Source of the DNA: Nitrososphaeria archaeon
GTDB lineage: Archaea; Thermoproteota; Nitrososphaeria; JACIWG01
DNA: 64,000 bases
Assembly: GCA_963752255.1 (NCBI GenBank)
Contig: CAVVXT010000019.1
Span: 96,001 to 160,000 of the forward strand
Direction: 5' to 3'
Positions within the stretch are counted from its first letter, which is position 1. Each line of letters starts with the position of its first letter. The position numbers were made by a program, and so were the translations under genes. Positions 10,537 through 20,976 of this stretch are shown here, piece after piece. The notes below the pieces were generated by a model. That model saw only the letters and a list, made by a program, of their open reading frames with translations. It was not told the DNA's origin and ran no database searches.

Positions 10537-12437
10537 TTACGATTTGATCTTACATCCTCCCGGAGGTAGAGATAGAGTGAAATCTTCTAATGGAATGTTT
10601 CTTACATCCTCTAAGGAGTTCATCTTTTCCAAGAGAACTGCTTTGATCTTCTTTGCAGCATAGTTCTTTTCCTCTCTCCCTGGCAGAATCTGAACATATG
10701 CTTCAGCGTATGCTTTTACGGCCCCCATTGGCCCGCTTACGACAGAATAGTGGTCCTTAACCTTTGTTATTGCAACGGCAAGTTCGAGGGGAATGTTCTT
10801 TACATAATTTCTCTTTCCCGAAATCATGAAAGCTCCTTTGCCTATATATTGCCCCGAAGGCGCTTGCTTTGAAATCTGATCTTTGAACACCCAGTACGCT
10901 TCCCCTGAAGCTATTCCAAGCTTCCAGATGTTACTGAAAGCTACCGCGGCTAGAGCGGTTTCCCTTACACTAGGTTCCGTTGCCCTTTTACCTTCTTTAA
11001 TTATGAAGAAAGGTGCACCAGTGAACTCCGCGTGAAACACGATGTCTCCATCTCCCAAATATTTCTTTATTACTGCTTCATTTGAAGAAGCATCTCTTCC
11101 ACCTATCGCTAAAAACCCCTCTGATGTACGGAACCAGCGATATCTTTCATACCATTCTTTTTCAAAAATCTTTCGGCTTCCTTTTACCACGTTTCTTTCC
11201 TTTAATTCTACCTTCTTTTCTATCTGTTGCAGTTCCCTTTCCAATTTTTTTACTGAAGAATCGATGTCCAGCATTCCTTGTGACAGAACCTTGGTGGCGT
11301 TAAAGATTTCTGAGCGGGTCTTCATAGGGTTAAGCTGGTCTAATTCGAACTCGAAGTTCTTATAAGAAATTTTTAGTATATCATCACTTAAACTTACGAT
11401 CCCAGATTTGAATAACTTCAAAAACTGATCTTTGTCTTGATAGTACAGCGAGATACTTTCAATGATGTTGTTCGCGATTTCGGTTAAAACCTTCTTATCT
11501 TCGGCTAGCATTTCCTTTTTCTTATTCAAGCCTTCCATCGTGTTCTTCAGTCCTTCTCTCTCCCTATACATTGGGTGAAGAAGTGCCTGTTCTCTTTCTT
11601 CAGACAACTTCTTGTGTACAGCGCGTCTAATGCTTCATTAAGACTTCCAACTTCCTTGATTTCATGCTGGTTAAGGCCAGTGGGAAAAATTGAAAAGTCG
11701 ACTGGTTCTTCCCCGTCAACAAAAAGTACCGGCCTAATTTTGAAGTCTTCTGAGAAAAAACCATGTATAGCTGTAATAAGCGACCTTAGTGTCTGTTCGC
11801 CGATCTCTTTCCCAGTCGAACCAGCTGGCAAGTTGAGGAGAGCTGGAAGAGTATCGATATATTTTTTGGGGAGGGAAAGGTTTTTCCCTAGCCATTTCCT
11901 AAAATCTTCTTGGTATCCAAGAAGAGGTTTAAAAAATTCTTCATCGACCGCAAGGGGGTCGGCTCCTCTCTGTGGTGGGGGAATATACTTAGCTCCTAGG
12001 GCTATTCTCCTATGTTTTGTTTCACGATATTCTAACGCCGCAAGAATAATATCTTTATCGTCTAAGAGAATCAAGTTTCCACTACTGAAGAATTCGGCAA
12101 CAAGTTTAGTCGCTTCACAACCAATGAATTCTATTACTACTATTCTTTCAGTTCCAAGCTGGGATATCGACAAGATCTTTCCCCTAGAAAGTTTTTTTCT
12201 AAACAGATTCAGAAGGCTGTCAGTGCTTTCTCCTTCAAGCTTAGCTTCTGTAACCCAGATCGCACGCCCGCGGTTTAAAACAAGCCTTCTTTCTGGGTTT
12301 GAAGGATGGTGTAGCCTAATAAGTAATGTGCCTTCAACGACCCAGTAAACGTTGTTAACATAATAATCCTTAAGACTATCATTTAACCACCTGACTTGGT
12401 GAAAGAGTTCTATGTTGCTTAGCGCAGGGGTGCTCAT
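10537..12437 (-). CDS. rqcH: Ribosome quality control factor Rqc2/RqcH (NEMF/FbpA family), split by a frameshift at ~11613-11618
   Basis: NFACT-N (QLGTERIV, AEFFSSGNLIL) in ORF 11547-12437 and NFACT-R (WYERYRWF, GGRDASSNE, APSGQYIGKGAFMISGKRNY) in ORF 10537-11607. Confidence 0.9.
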
Positions 12438-12455
12438 CTTGGAGGCCGTGGGGAT

Positions 12456-12740
12456 ATGTTAACAGACAGCAATAAACTATTCTGGATTAGAGCCATCTTT
12501 GCAGTATTATCAGGGTACGTGTCTGGAATAATGAAATTCAGCGACAGCACCGCCTTTTTTGGTGTGGGTATTATCGTATTCATGTATATCTTATCATATT
12601 TTATAGGGGAAGCCTTTATATTCAAAGGTAAAAAGGTTAGCAGAAATACACTGATACTCACTGGAATAGGTACATTCATTATGTTGTCCCTTTTTACGTG
12701 GATCCTCTTCTACACTCTGACGTTCTATGGATTTATTTAG
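12456..12740 (+). CDS. EMC6-like (Rab5ip family) three-TM membrane protein
   Basis: RAIFAVLSGYVSGIM and SRNTLILTG...LFTWILFYTL resemble eukaryotic EMC6 TM1/TM3. Confidence 0.7.
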   Translation: MLTDSNKLFWIRAIFAVLSGYVSGIMKFSDSTAFFGVGIIVFMYILSYFIGEAFIFKGKKVSRNTLILTGIGTFIMLSLFTWILFYTLTFYGFI

Positions 12741-13014
12741 CTCCCTTTTCTATCAGATCAATATATGTGAATAACAGCGAAAAGTAATCGGAATCGAATT
12801 CTGAAAGCCATCCACGGGAGAGTAAGTTTGACATACTAGCCTTCATGGACTTTAGTCTCCCAAGTTCTTCTTGGGTAATATCTCCATTTTTAAGAAGACT
12901 TTTTAAACAGTTTATTGCCTGTGACGCACCGAGCGAATCTTTAGCAGCTTCCTTAGCTTCTTCCCATCTACCTGTCTGAATCAGCTTCACAATTTCTATC
13001 GTATTGTTTATCAA
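12733..13014 (-). CDS. Hypothetical alpha-helical protein
   Basis: 93-aa ORF overlapping the RadA-paralog stop (operon-like). Confidence 0.55.
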   Translation of the reverse strand: MINNTIEIVKLIQTGRWEEAKEAAKDSLGASQAINCLKSLLKNGDITQEELGRLKSMKASMSNLLSRGWLSEFDSDYFSLLFTYIDLIEKGAK

Positions 13015-13922
13015 GAAATGTCCCCTGCACCATATTCTGTTAAACTAAACTCGGTGGTCTCTACACGGTCTCCTATTACAACTTTAGCTTCCCAAGTCAT
13101 ATCTTCTGACCTACTTAGCAAAATCTTCGTTCGAATAAAAGGGCCTATGATATCCTCATATTCTGGGACTAAAGCACTGTCTCGAAACCTCCTCATACTA
13201 TTGCTTAGAAGTATAACGATCATGTTATCGCGTGCAGCTAAGTAGTTTAGTCTCATAATAAAGTTCTCCAACGCTTTAAGCCTATAGAAGATTATGCTCT
13301 TCTTCTTGGCAACTAGTTTAAGTGATTCGCATAAACCGTCGATTACCAGGAGTTTGTGATTGAATCGTTTAAAAGAGTTCTGATATATTTTAAAGATTTC
13401 AAATTGTTGGGGTAAACTATAGGGTCTGAAGACCGAGATTTTATTTAATATTTCTTTGGAATCTAAACCGTGATATTGTCCAAGTACGTTTAGCATTTCT
13501 GGTCTAAACATTCCATTGGAGTCGTTGTAGAGAACTACTCCTTCTTTTTGTTCATGTAGAAAGTTGAGCACAATGTCGTAGCAGAGTTGGATACGAGGAA
13601 AATGTTGTTCACTGCATATTTCAGTTATCTGTCGAGAAGGTATGCCGCTTTTAAGCTTTGAATTAAGAGAAACCGATGATATTGCGATATTGTTTATTTC
13701 TCCACCTACATTTTTGTCTAAAACTCTGTATACTCCGCCTACCCTACACTGTAACGTCGAAATAATGTTGACAAGCTCGTCTTTTTCAAAATATTTCTCT
13801 AGGATGTCGTGGGGAGTTAAAAGGAACTGTAGAACTGTGCAAATGTTTCCTTGAGCAAGCTGTCCAACCTTTTCTTTGGATATTATATTTAATTCATTTA
13901 TCAGTGGACTCTGCTCCATCAT
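13011..13922 (-). CDS. Divergent RadA/Rad51 paralog, probably ATPase-inactive
   Basis: GIPSRQITEI, YNDSNGMFRPE, LLVIDGL, FSLTEYGAGD retained; Walker A replaced by SEQHFPRIQ. Confidence 0.75.
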   Translation of the reverse strand: MMEQSPLINELNIISKEKVGQLAQGNICTVLQFLLTPHDILEKYFEKDELVNIISTLQCRVGGVYRVLDKNVGGEINNIAISSVSLNSKLKSGIPSRQITEICSEQHFPRIQLCYDIVLNFLHEQKEGVVLYNDSNGMFRPEMLNVLGQYHGLDSKEILNKISVFRPYSLPQQFEIFKIYQNSFKRFNHKLLVIDGLCESLKLVAKKKSIIFYRLKALENFIMRLNYLAARDNMIVILLSNSMRRFRDSALVPEYEDIIGPFIRTKILLSRSEDMTWEAKVVIGDRVETTEFSLTEYGAGDIS

Positions 13923-13982
13923 AAACGCATAGCCTTATACAAGAATAAGATAAAAATAATAATGTGTAGAAAATAGCATAAC

Positions 13983-14840
13983 GTGTCAAATATGGGAGAG
14001 TACGAACAAGTGCTCGAAAAGGCTGTTATGAAGATGGTAACGGAGATTCCACCTGACGTCTTTGCAGCCCTTAAAATTGCGGCAGGTAAAGAGAAGCTGG
14101 AAATCGCAAAGAAACAATTTGAAACGATAATTAAAAGTATCAGCCTAAGCCACACCGGTAGTCTACCTCTATGCCAAGACACCGGCCTGTTAACCGTTTT
14201 TTTAAATGGGAAATATGTAGTCGACTACAATTTAATCAGGGAAGTTCTGAATAGAATCATAATTAAGCTAACAAAGTCAGGGAAGATAAGGCCCAATCTT
14301 GTCAATGCAATAAGCAGGGTTCCAATCGAAGGAAATGTAGGTTTCGGTCAGCCTGAAATCTACCTCGGAATGGAAAAAGAGGATTCGATAAAGATGATGC
14401 TGAAGGGTGCGGGTTCTGAGAACTATTCTTCCTTAGAGATGTTTCTACCATCAGCAGACATGCGTGAGATAAATAGATTCATCCTTAAGAAAACTCTCGA
14501 TGCCGGAGGAAAAATATGCCCACCTTCTATCGTAAGCGTGTCCATAGGCGGTTCACCTGCTGCCGCAGTAATAGAGTCTAGGAAAGCCTTGTTCGCCAGG
14601 ATTGGTGTAAGGAACAAGGATAAAGATGTAGCTGTATGGGAAAAGAGGCTTCTTAAAGCCTTGAATGCGTTGAACATAGGTCCAATGGGTTTAGGAGGAA
14701 AAACAAGTGTACTCGATGTGAAGATTAGCGTCTTAGGCACGCACATTGCAATGTTGCCGGTAGCTTTAACATACAACTGTTGGGCACTTCGTCGGATACA
14801 GATCCGAAGGGTTCAAGGAAAAGAGGTGATTTTATGGTAA
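13983..14840 (+). CDS. Fe-S fumarate hydratase/tartrate dehydratase alpha subunit
   Basis: PLCQDTG, KGAGSEN, GKICPP, IGPMGLGG, CWALRR. Confidence 0.92.
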   Translation: MSNMGEYEQVLEKAVMKMVTEIPPDVFAALKIAAGKEKLEIAKKQFETIIKSISLSHTGSLPLCQDTGLLTVFLNGKYVVDYNLIREVLNRIIIKLTKSGKIRPNLVNAISRVPIEGNVGFGQPEIYLGMEKEDSIKMMLKGAGSENYSSLEMFLPSADMREINRFILKKTLDAGGKICPPSIVSVSIGGSPAAAVIESRKALFARIGVRNKDKDVAVWEKRLLKALNALNIGPMGLGGKTSVLDVKISVLGTHIAMLPVALTYNCWALRRIQIRRVQGKEVILW

Positions 14841-15427
14841 AAGCAAGTTCGAAAGTTAAAGTAATGGATTTGGTAAATAGATCGAAAGATTTTAGGGTAG
14901 GAAATGTAATTTACTTAACAGGCGACATAGCTATTGCGAGAGACCAAGCCCATAAACGTCTCTGTGAGAACGATTTCATCTTAACAGATATAGTAGACCT
15001 GCCTGTCTATCACTGTGGACCCATAGCAATCCAAGAACGAGGGGGATTCAAATTTTTGGGGGCAGGTCCCACAACGAGCAAAAGGATGGAGAAGTTTACA
15101 GAACAGATGATTTTGAAATATCATACACCTCTATTCATTGGAAAAGGGGGTTTTGGCGACGTTGGTAAAGCAGCTATAGTAAAATATGGCTCTTTCTACA
15201 GCGAATTCACAGGTGGAGCTTCAGCCTATGCTGTATCAAAGATCGATAGAGTTCTTAAAATTTTCTTTGAGGATCTAGGAACATCTGAAGCCTTATGGAT
15301 TATATCAGTAAAGGATTTCGGGCCTTTACTTGTGACCCAAGACTCTCAAGGAAACGATCTCAGGTCTGACGTGTACAAAAATGCAGTCGAAAAAATGGAC
15401 CGAATATTAGGCGAGTACGGTCTATAG
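14834..15427 (+). CDS. Fe-S fumarate hydratase beta subunit
   Basis: ARDQAHKR, YHCGP, AGPTTSKRM, IGKGG, EDLGTSEA; ATG at 14834 overlaps the alpha-subunit stop. Confidence 0.92.
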   Translation: MVKASSKVKVMDLVNRSKDFRVGNVIYLTGDIAIARDQAHKRLCENDFILTDIVDLPVYHCGPIAIQERGGFKFLGAGPTTSKRMEKFTEQMILKYHTPLFIGKGGFGDVGKAAIVKYGSFYSEFTGGASAYAVSKIDRVLKIFFEDLGTSEALWIISVKDFGPLLVTQDSQGNDLRSDVYKNAVEKMDRILGEYGL

Positions 15428-15430
15428 TTT

Positions 15431-17329
15431 CTATATTCTTGTATGCGCTTCTATACCAAGAATGCTCATCAAAGTTTTGAGAGCATTCGCAAATGCGATT
15501 ACCAGAATAAGCCTCTGCTCCTTCTTAGCTTCGTTCTTCTCATGCAAAACTGGATACTTTTCATAGAACGTGTTAAATAACAGACAGATCGAATGTGTAT
15601 ACTCCGCCAATTTGTTTGTTTGGAGATTTTCTACGGAATCTTTTAGATTAGTGTCCATTTTGGACAACTCTTTAACAATCATGTATTCTTCTATTCCATC
15701 TAATTCGGTTATGGAGAAACTCTTTTTGACCGGTTCCCCGTACTTTTCAATGATTCTTGATGCTCTTGCGAACGTGTACTGTAGATATGGTCCTGTGTCA
15801 CCTTCGATCTTCAGTACTTCGTTTAAGTCAAAGACTAGTATTTTTTTAAAGTCCTGTTTTACCAAACTGTACCTAATTGCTGAAACTGCTAGGGAAGTCG
15901 AAATTGTTATCAGCCATTCTTCGTCAGCCTCAGGATTTCTCTGCTTACTCCCAATATACGCGAGTTTCTTCAGTTTTTCGAGAACATCATCTGCATTTAT
16001 GTAGATACCCGCCCTTCCTGACATGTGGACGAAATCTTTATCTTCTACTTTAAGGCCCATTTCTTTAGCCGTATCTCTACTGAGTGACACAATTTCGTAA
16101 CCTAGATGAATATAGTTTTTCTCTTTTCCTTTTTCTCCCAATTCTTTAAGGATGCTCGCTATTATCTTTTGAAGCCATGCTTGTCGAACATCAATCACGT
16201 TTATCGCGACGTCCGCGTTGTTGAAAGATGGATGACCTTTAACACCCTCTGAGAGGGTTGTTCTCCAAAGAACTCTTCCGTTTCGTTGTTTGAAAAATTC
16301 CACGTATTTAAAAAAGTCCTCTATCAGCCCAAGCTTCCAAGCCGCGTAAGGTATGTCTTTCGCAATATACGTCAGGGTGCCATCACTCCTGATCAAAATT
16401 TTGTCTTGGTCGCCTCCACCTTTTATAATCCAGCACCCAGAGTTCTCTCCCTCCCCTTCATAACTGACAAGGTTATTGTCTTTCATTTTTTGAAAAACCT
16501 CCTGCCACATCCCCGAAGTAAATATGTGTGATTCGAAGTTCAGACAGTCATAATATGCTCCTACGGCGGAACATGTTTTCAGCTGTTCTAGAAGAACACG
16601 CTCTGTAATAGCCTTTGAATAGGCAAAAATTTCAGAATCATGATCTTCCATTTCCTTTAAAACAACCCTTCTGTATTGTTCCGTTTCCGGCTTTTCTAAA
16701 TAGATCTGATTCACTTTGACGTACACTTGATCTCCGCAATAGTGATCGAATTTTGTTTTGGGATCGGATGGATTTTCTGGGAAACCGAGGAACCTGAAAC
16801 CTACAATAATATCCGCCACCTGAAGCCCTGAGTCGTCAACGTAGTTTAGGACTGTGACATCATGGTTGGTGTACTTCAGAAGACGCTGAATCGTGTCTCC
16901 TATCACAACGTTCCGCATATGACCTATATGGAGCGCCTTATTGGGGTTGACACTGGTGTGCTCTACAATCACCTTTTTACCCTTTCCGACGTCGATGTAA
17001 CCGGGTTTTTCTTCCATCATATTACATAAGGTCATTGTCAGAAACTTCGGTTTATCTACTCTAAAGTTCAAGTAGGCTGGAGGTGATACAGATACTTCAG
17101 ACACCAAATCATGCTTCACACCTCCCATCGCTGAATGCAGTTCCTCCGCTATTTCGAATGGCTTTTTTCTTGCAGTCTTTGCAATATCAAAGGCGATCGT
17201 AGAAGAGAGGTCCCCAAACTGAGGCCTTGGAGGCTCCTCTAATGGAATGTGACTTACCCTGTATCCCAGCTTATCAGCTGCCAGGGTAATGCTCTTCTCC
17301 ACCTCTCTCCTAAAAGCTTCAAAAGCCAT
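15431..17329 (-). CDS. argS: Arginine--tRNA ligase
   Basis: EHTSVNPNKALHIGHMRN (HIGH), MSGRAG, GDTGPYLQY. Confidence 0.97.
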   Translation of the reverse strand: MAFEAFRREVEKSITLAADKLGYRVSHIPLEEPPRPQFGDLSSTIAFDIAKTARKKPFEIAEELHSAMGGVKHDLVSEVSVSPPAYLNFRVDKPKFLTMTLCNMMEEKPGYIDVGKGKKVIVEHTSVNPNKALHIGHMRNVVIGDTIQRLLKYTNHDVTVLNYVDDSGLQVADIIVGFRFLGFPENPSDPKTKFDHYCGDQVYVKVNQIYLEKPETEQYRRVVLKEMEDHDSEIFAYSKAITERVLLEQLKTCSAVGAYYDCLNFESHIFTSGMWQEVFQKMKDNNLVSYEGEGENSGCWIIKGGGDQDKILIRSDGTLTYIAKDIPYAAWKLGLIEDFFKYVEFFKQRNGRVLWRTTLSEGVKGHPSFNNADVAINVIDVRQAWLQKIIASILKELGEKGKEKNYIHLGYEIVSLSRDTAKEMGLKVEDKDFVHMSGRAGIYINADDVLEKLKKLAYIGSKQRNPEADEEWLITISTSLAVSAIRYSLVKQDFKKILVFDLNEVLKIEGDTGPYLQYTFARASRIIEKYGEPVKKSFSITELDGIEEYMIVKELSKMDTNLKDSVENLQTNKLAEYTHSICLLFNTFYEKYPVLHEKNEAKKEQRLILVIAFANALKTLMSILGIEAHTRI

Positions 17330-17438
17330 CTCTTTTCCTCATCTATCAGCTTCAGTCCATCTAAAAAACTTATCTTGGATCCTCCTTATCTAAGATATTT
17401 GACAGAATTTAATATTTAGACAACGATTCCCGAAGATT

Positions 17439-17699
17439 TTAGCCTTCGGCTTCATAGAATTTTTTTTCCACTACAGAAAGCGTGCCGGATCTGATTATTG
17501 TACGGTAATCCCTATCTAGGTCCTGTTTATGCAAATATTTCTTAATAAGCATCTCAAGTTCTTCCGTTTTAGTCCCACTGAAATCGATAGAATCGCCGTC
17601 AACCTTTCCCTCAACTTTTTTCCTCTCCCTGACAAATTCTTGGAAATCTGAAATCTTATCTTTCATCTTTCCAAATTTTACTATCGCCATATCGATCAC
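17439..17699 (-). CDS. Ribosomal protein eL22-like
   Basis: FQEFVRERKKVEGK and LIKKYLHKQDLDRDYR match eL22 FEQFLQERIKVNGK and LTKKYLKKNNLRDWLR. Confidence 0.65.
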   Translation of the reverse strand: MIDMAIVKFGKMKDKISDFQEFVRERKKVEGKVDGDSIDFSGTKTEELEMLIKKYLHKQDLDRDYRTIIRSGTLSVVEKKFYEAEG

Positions 17700-17835
17700 T
17701 GCACCACCAAGTCTACAGTCTACAGCCTTTATTAGCTTAAAGATAGGCCCCCTTTCTTTTTTCTGTTCAACTAAACTAGAACCATCTATCTTAAGGACGG
17801 CGTAATCGTTTAAGACACGCGTCTATAATAAAATA

Positions 17836-18855
17836 TTACTTTAACCCGAGTTCCTTCCTTCTATCAATCGTTGCTTCGGCGTCGGCACCTGTGCTTATTA
17901 TAGATACCGGCACCTTTACCTCTTTTTCAATATTTTCGACCATTTTCCTTGCATCTACGGGAAGCAATGAGAAATCTCTTAGATTCTTTGCGGCTGGAAA
18001 CAGAATATCAAATTTCGTTACAGCCACCTGTGTCGCGGAATTCAACATCACCGCTCTTTTGGCCAGTTCAAAGTTGAAAGGCGCACTTCTTCTGGTTCTC
18101 CCTGTGACGGTCGCTCTCTCCAACCACCCCCTCTTTTCAGCTTCCTGTTCTGACAGTTCTCCGGGAAGCTCCCCCCCACCCACACGTGTAACGTAAGCCT
18201 TGAAGACTATTATAACGCTGTCTACGGCCTTCGGTCCTATTCCGATGTCAGAACAGATGGCTGAAGCTGTAACGTCTTTGGTTGTCACAAATGGATATGT
18301 GCCATGGTAGAGGGATATGTATGTACCCTGAGTTCCCTCAACATGAACGATCTCTCCATTTGATATTGCTTCATTGACCAGAAAAGAGACATCACCCGTA
18401 TATTTGGATAGAGATGGTACATCTTTGGCAAGTCGAGCCACCCGCATTATCCTCTCCACATTCGCCGGCCCACATCCTGTACCCGTTGTCCCAATCTTTC
18501 CCTTCAAGTACGCGTCTGAGCGGTCTTTATCAACATCCTTTTCCTCTATAACACCACATTGTCTGTCAATAGTCAGCCTGTTGTCGACGTTAAACTGTTC
18601 TATTTCTTTCGTCAACACTTTAGGGTCGACGAGAACACCGGCTCCTATCATCAACTTCGTACTCTCATTTATCAGAGCACTTGGTAACATTCTCAACTTG
18701 CTTTCTATCCCTCTATAGACAACTGTGTGTCCAGCATTTGGACCAACACCCCCTCGTACTGCAATTTTTGGTTTGTCTTTAATGGCTAAATAAGAGACTA
18801 TCTTACCTTTTCCTTCATCTCCATAGAAGCCTCCTACAATAACGGTGCAGGTCAT
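17836..18855 (-). CDS. purA: Adenylosuccinate synthetase (short archaeal form)
   Basis: YGDEGKGK, GPNAGHT, IGTTGTGCGP, EGTQG, TVTGRTRR. Confidence 0.96.
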   Translation of the reverse strand: MTCTVIVGGFYGDEGKGKIVSYLAIKDKPKIAVRGGVGPNAGHTVVYRGIESKLRMLPSALINESTKLMIGAGVLVDPKVLTKEIEQFNVDNRLTIDRQCGVIEEKDVDKDRSDAYLKGKIGTTGTGCGPANVERIMRVARLAKDVPSLSKYTGDVSFLVNEAISNGEIVHVEGTQGTYISLYHGTYPFVTTKDVTASAICSDIGIGPKAVDSVIIVFKAYVTRVGGGELPGELSEQEAEKRGWLERATVTGRTRRSAPFNFELAKRAVMLNSATQVAVTKFDILFPAAKNLRDFSLLPVDARKMVENIEKEVKVPVSIISTGADAEATIDRRKELGLK

Positions 18856-19195
18856 ATTCTAACATTAAAAGGGAATAATAATAGAGTATAATAAGATTTG
18901 ACTTCATTTTAGTTCTAATCCCTCTATCTCAGTCTTCCATAAAGATACTCGAAATTCGCGTAGAGATACTGCTGATTTACGTCTTCCCTACTGAGAAACT
19001 TTCAGTCACGGAAACAAGTTTACAAACAATATCTTTCATTCAATCTCTATAAGCTGCTTCTTAAAACAACCTTATCCTAAGTCCCGGCTCCTGGTGACAG
19101 ATTTAAGTTAATACTTCATTGAATTTTATCGGGATAAGCACTTTAAAATGCCTAAAGATATAAAGATTAATCCTTAATGTATGTAGTGGAAAAAA

Positions 19196-20188
19196 ATGAA
19201 GGCATTCGGTAAAATTAACGAAAAAGATTTGAGAAAATATGTATTACCAAATTTAGGTGTAAAAGATGAGAATTTAATAGAATCTGCGGATGTCGGCGTC
19301 GACTTTGCGGTGTTGCAGAGCACAAACCAATATATTATCATCTCATCAGACCCGATTACTGGTGTTAGAAGGAACATAGGCTTGTATGCGGTAAACGTAA
19401 ACGCAAATGACGTGGCGACAAGCGGCAACAGGCCAAGATTTATGTTGAACGTTATACTCCTCTCACAGACTGAGAACGCCTCGTCACTAGCTGAGATAAC
19501 GAAAGAGATTGACAGGGCATGTAAGATTTTAGGCATCTCGGTTATAGGAGGCCACACTGAGACTACAAAAGGCATCAAACAGACAATCCTTGTTATGACA
19601 GCCTTCACCTTTGCCAGCAGTTACGTTTCCTCAAAAAGAGCAAAGGAAGGGGACGTAATTTTGATGAGTAAAACCGCTGGCCTAGAAGGCACCAGTATCT
19701 TAGCTCATGAATACAGAAAGAACCTTAGTCACTTAGGTGAAAAAATGATTGAGAACGCCTTGAAGATGGTTGACCAAATAAGTGTCGTAAACGAAGCTGA
19801 AGCCGCTTTCAAAACCGGTTACGTACACGCTATGCATGACCCCACAGAAGGCGGTGTCCTAGGAGGCGTGTATGAAATGAGTGTAGCTTCGAAGCTGGGA
19901 TTTATCATAGACAAAAATCTGATCCCAGTGGCACAAGAGACAAAGAAGATAAGTAAAGCCCTGCAGATCGATCCTTTAAAGCTGATCAGTTCAGGGGTCC
20001 TACTTCTAGCCGTCGATCCAAAGGGCAAGGAGTATGTTATCGAAGCGTTAAAGGGCAAGGGAGTAGAGGTCAATGAAATAGGGTATTTCATGTTGGGTGA
20101 AAGATTTCTTTTGTCAAATGGAAGGAGGTTGTTGGTTAAGGAGAGCCCTATTGACGAACTTTGGAGGATAAAGAAGAAGGATTTATAG
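19196..20188 (+). CDS. AIR synthase/HypE-family ATP-binding protein
   Basis: SSDPITG, NANDVATSG, GGHTE, AGLEGTSILA, MHDPTEGG. Confidence 0.88.
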   Translation: MKAFGKINEKDLRKYVLPNLGVKDENLIESADVGVDFAVLQSTNQYIIISSDPITGVRRNIGLYAVNVNANDVATSGNRPRFMLNVILLSQTENASSLAEITKEIDRACKILGISVIGGHTETTKGIKQTILVMTAFTFASSYVSSKRAKEGDVILMSKTAGLEGTSILAHEYRKNLSHLGEKMIENALKMVDQISVVNEAEAAFKTGYVHAMHDPTEGGVLGGVYEMSVASKLGFIIDKNLIPVAQETKKISKALQIDPLKLISSGVLLLAVDPKGKEYVIEALKGKGVEVNEIGYFMLGERFLLSNGRRLLVKESPIDELWRIKKKDL

Positions 20189-20965
20189 CCCGAAGCGTCT
20201 GCTTCTTTGCTGATAGATTCTAATCGCTCTCATTAGGTCTATCTTCCTAAAGTCAGGCCAGTAGGCATCAAAGAATATAAGTTCACTGTATGCACTCTGC
20301 CACAAAAGGAACCCGCTGAGACGTTCCTCCCCCGAAGTTCTTATGACAATATCTGGTTCAGGGTTCGGTAGATGTGAAGTGTAAAGGGAGTTCCCTACTA
20401 TTTCATTATCTATTTCTTCCACCTTCAGCTTCGAACTTGCAACATCTTCGGCAATATTCTTCACCATGTCAATAATTTCTTGTCTTCCACCATAGGCTAT
20501 AGCGATATTCAAGAAGAAGCCGTTGTAATTGCTTGTTGAGTCTTCGATTTCTTTAATTAATTTCTGGAGAGTATCAGGAAGAAGTGAGAGTTTTCCGATA
20601 AATTTAATTTTGACCTTTTTTTCATGGAAATCCTTGACCTCTATCATCCTCTTGACATATTTTTCCATTAAACTGAGTATATGCGAAACTTCCTCTGAAG
20701 GCCGTTTCAGGTTTTCTGTAGATAAAACGTAAAGCGTTATAGTTTTTATACCTAAAGCTGCAGCCCAATCAAGAATTTCCTCGGCCACTTTAGCTCCGAA
20801 ATTGTGCCCCAGGTTTGTCGTTAAATGTTTTTGCTTAGCCCATCTCCTGTTGCCGTCCAAGATGATGCCGACGTGAGATGGAATAACTTTCCCCCTGATC
20901 TGCCGACTAAGCCAATATTCATAGATTTTATAGGCGCCTAAGACCTCCAAGGTTTTTTTAAGCAT
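20183..20965 (-). CDS. uppS: cis-prenyltransferase (polyprenyl diphosphate synthase)
   Basis: HVGIILDGNRRWA, STENLKRP, YGGRQEI, IRTSGEERLSGFLLWQSAYSE, RRFG. Confidence 0.96.
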   Translation of the reverse strand: MLKKTLEVLGAYKIYEYWLSRQIRGKVIPSHVGIILDGNRRWAKQKHLTTNLGHNFGAKVAEEILDWAAALGIKTITLYVLSTENLKRPSEEVSHILSLMEKYVKRMIEVKDFHEKKVKIKFIGKLSLLPDTLQKLIKEIEDSTSNYNGFFLNIAIAYGGRQEIIDMVKNIAEDVASSKLKVEEIDNEIVGNSLYTSHLPNPEPDIVIRTSGEERLSGFLLWQSAYSELIFFDAYWPDFRKIDLMRAIRIYQQRSRRFGL

Positions 20966-20976
20966 GAATCCTGCAC

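Noticed and set aside
11575-12348. Long antisense ORFs (e.g. 11575-12348, 22959-23471, 51412-51975)
   Set aside because: They are shadows of well-supported opposite-strand genes and carry no motifs.
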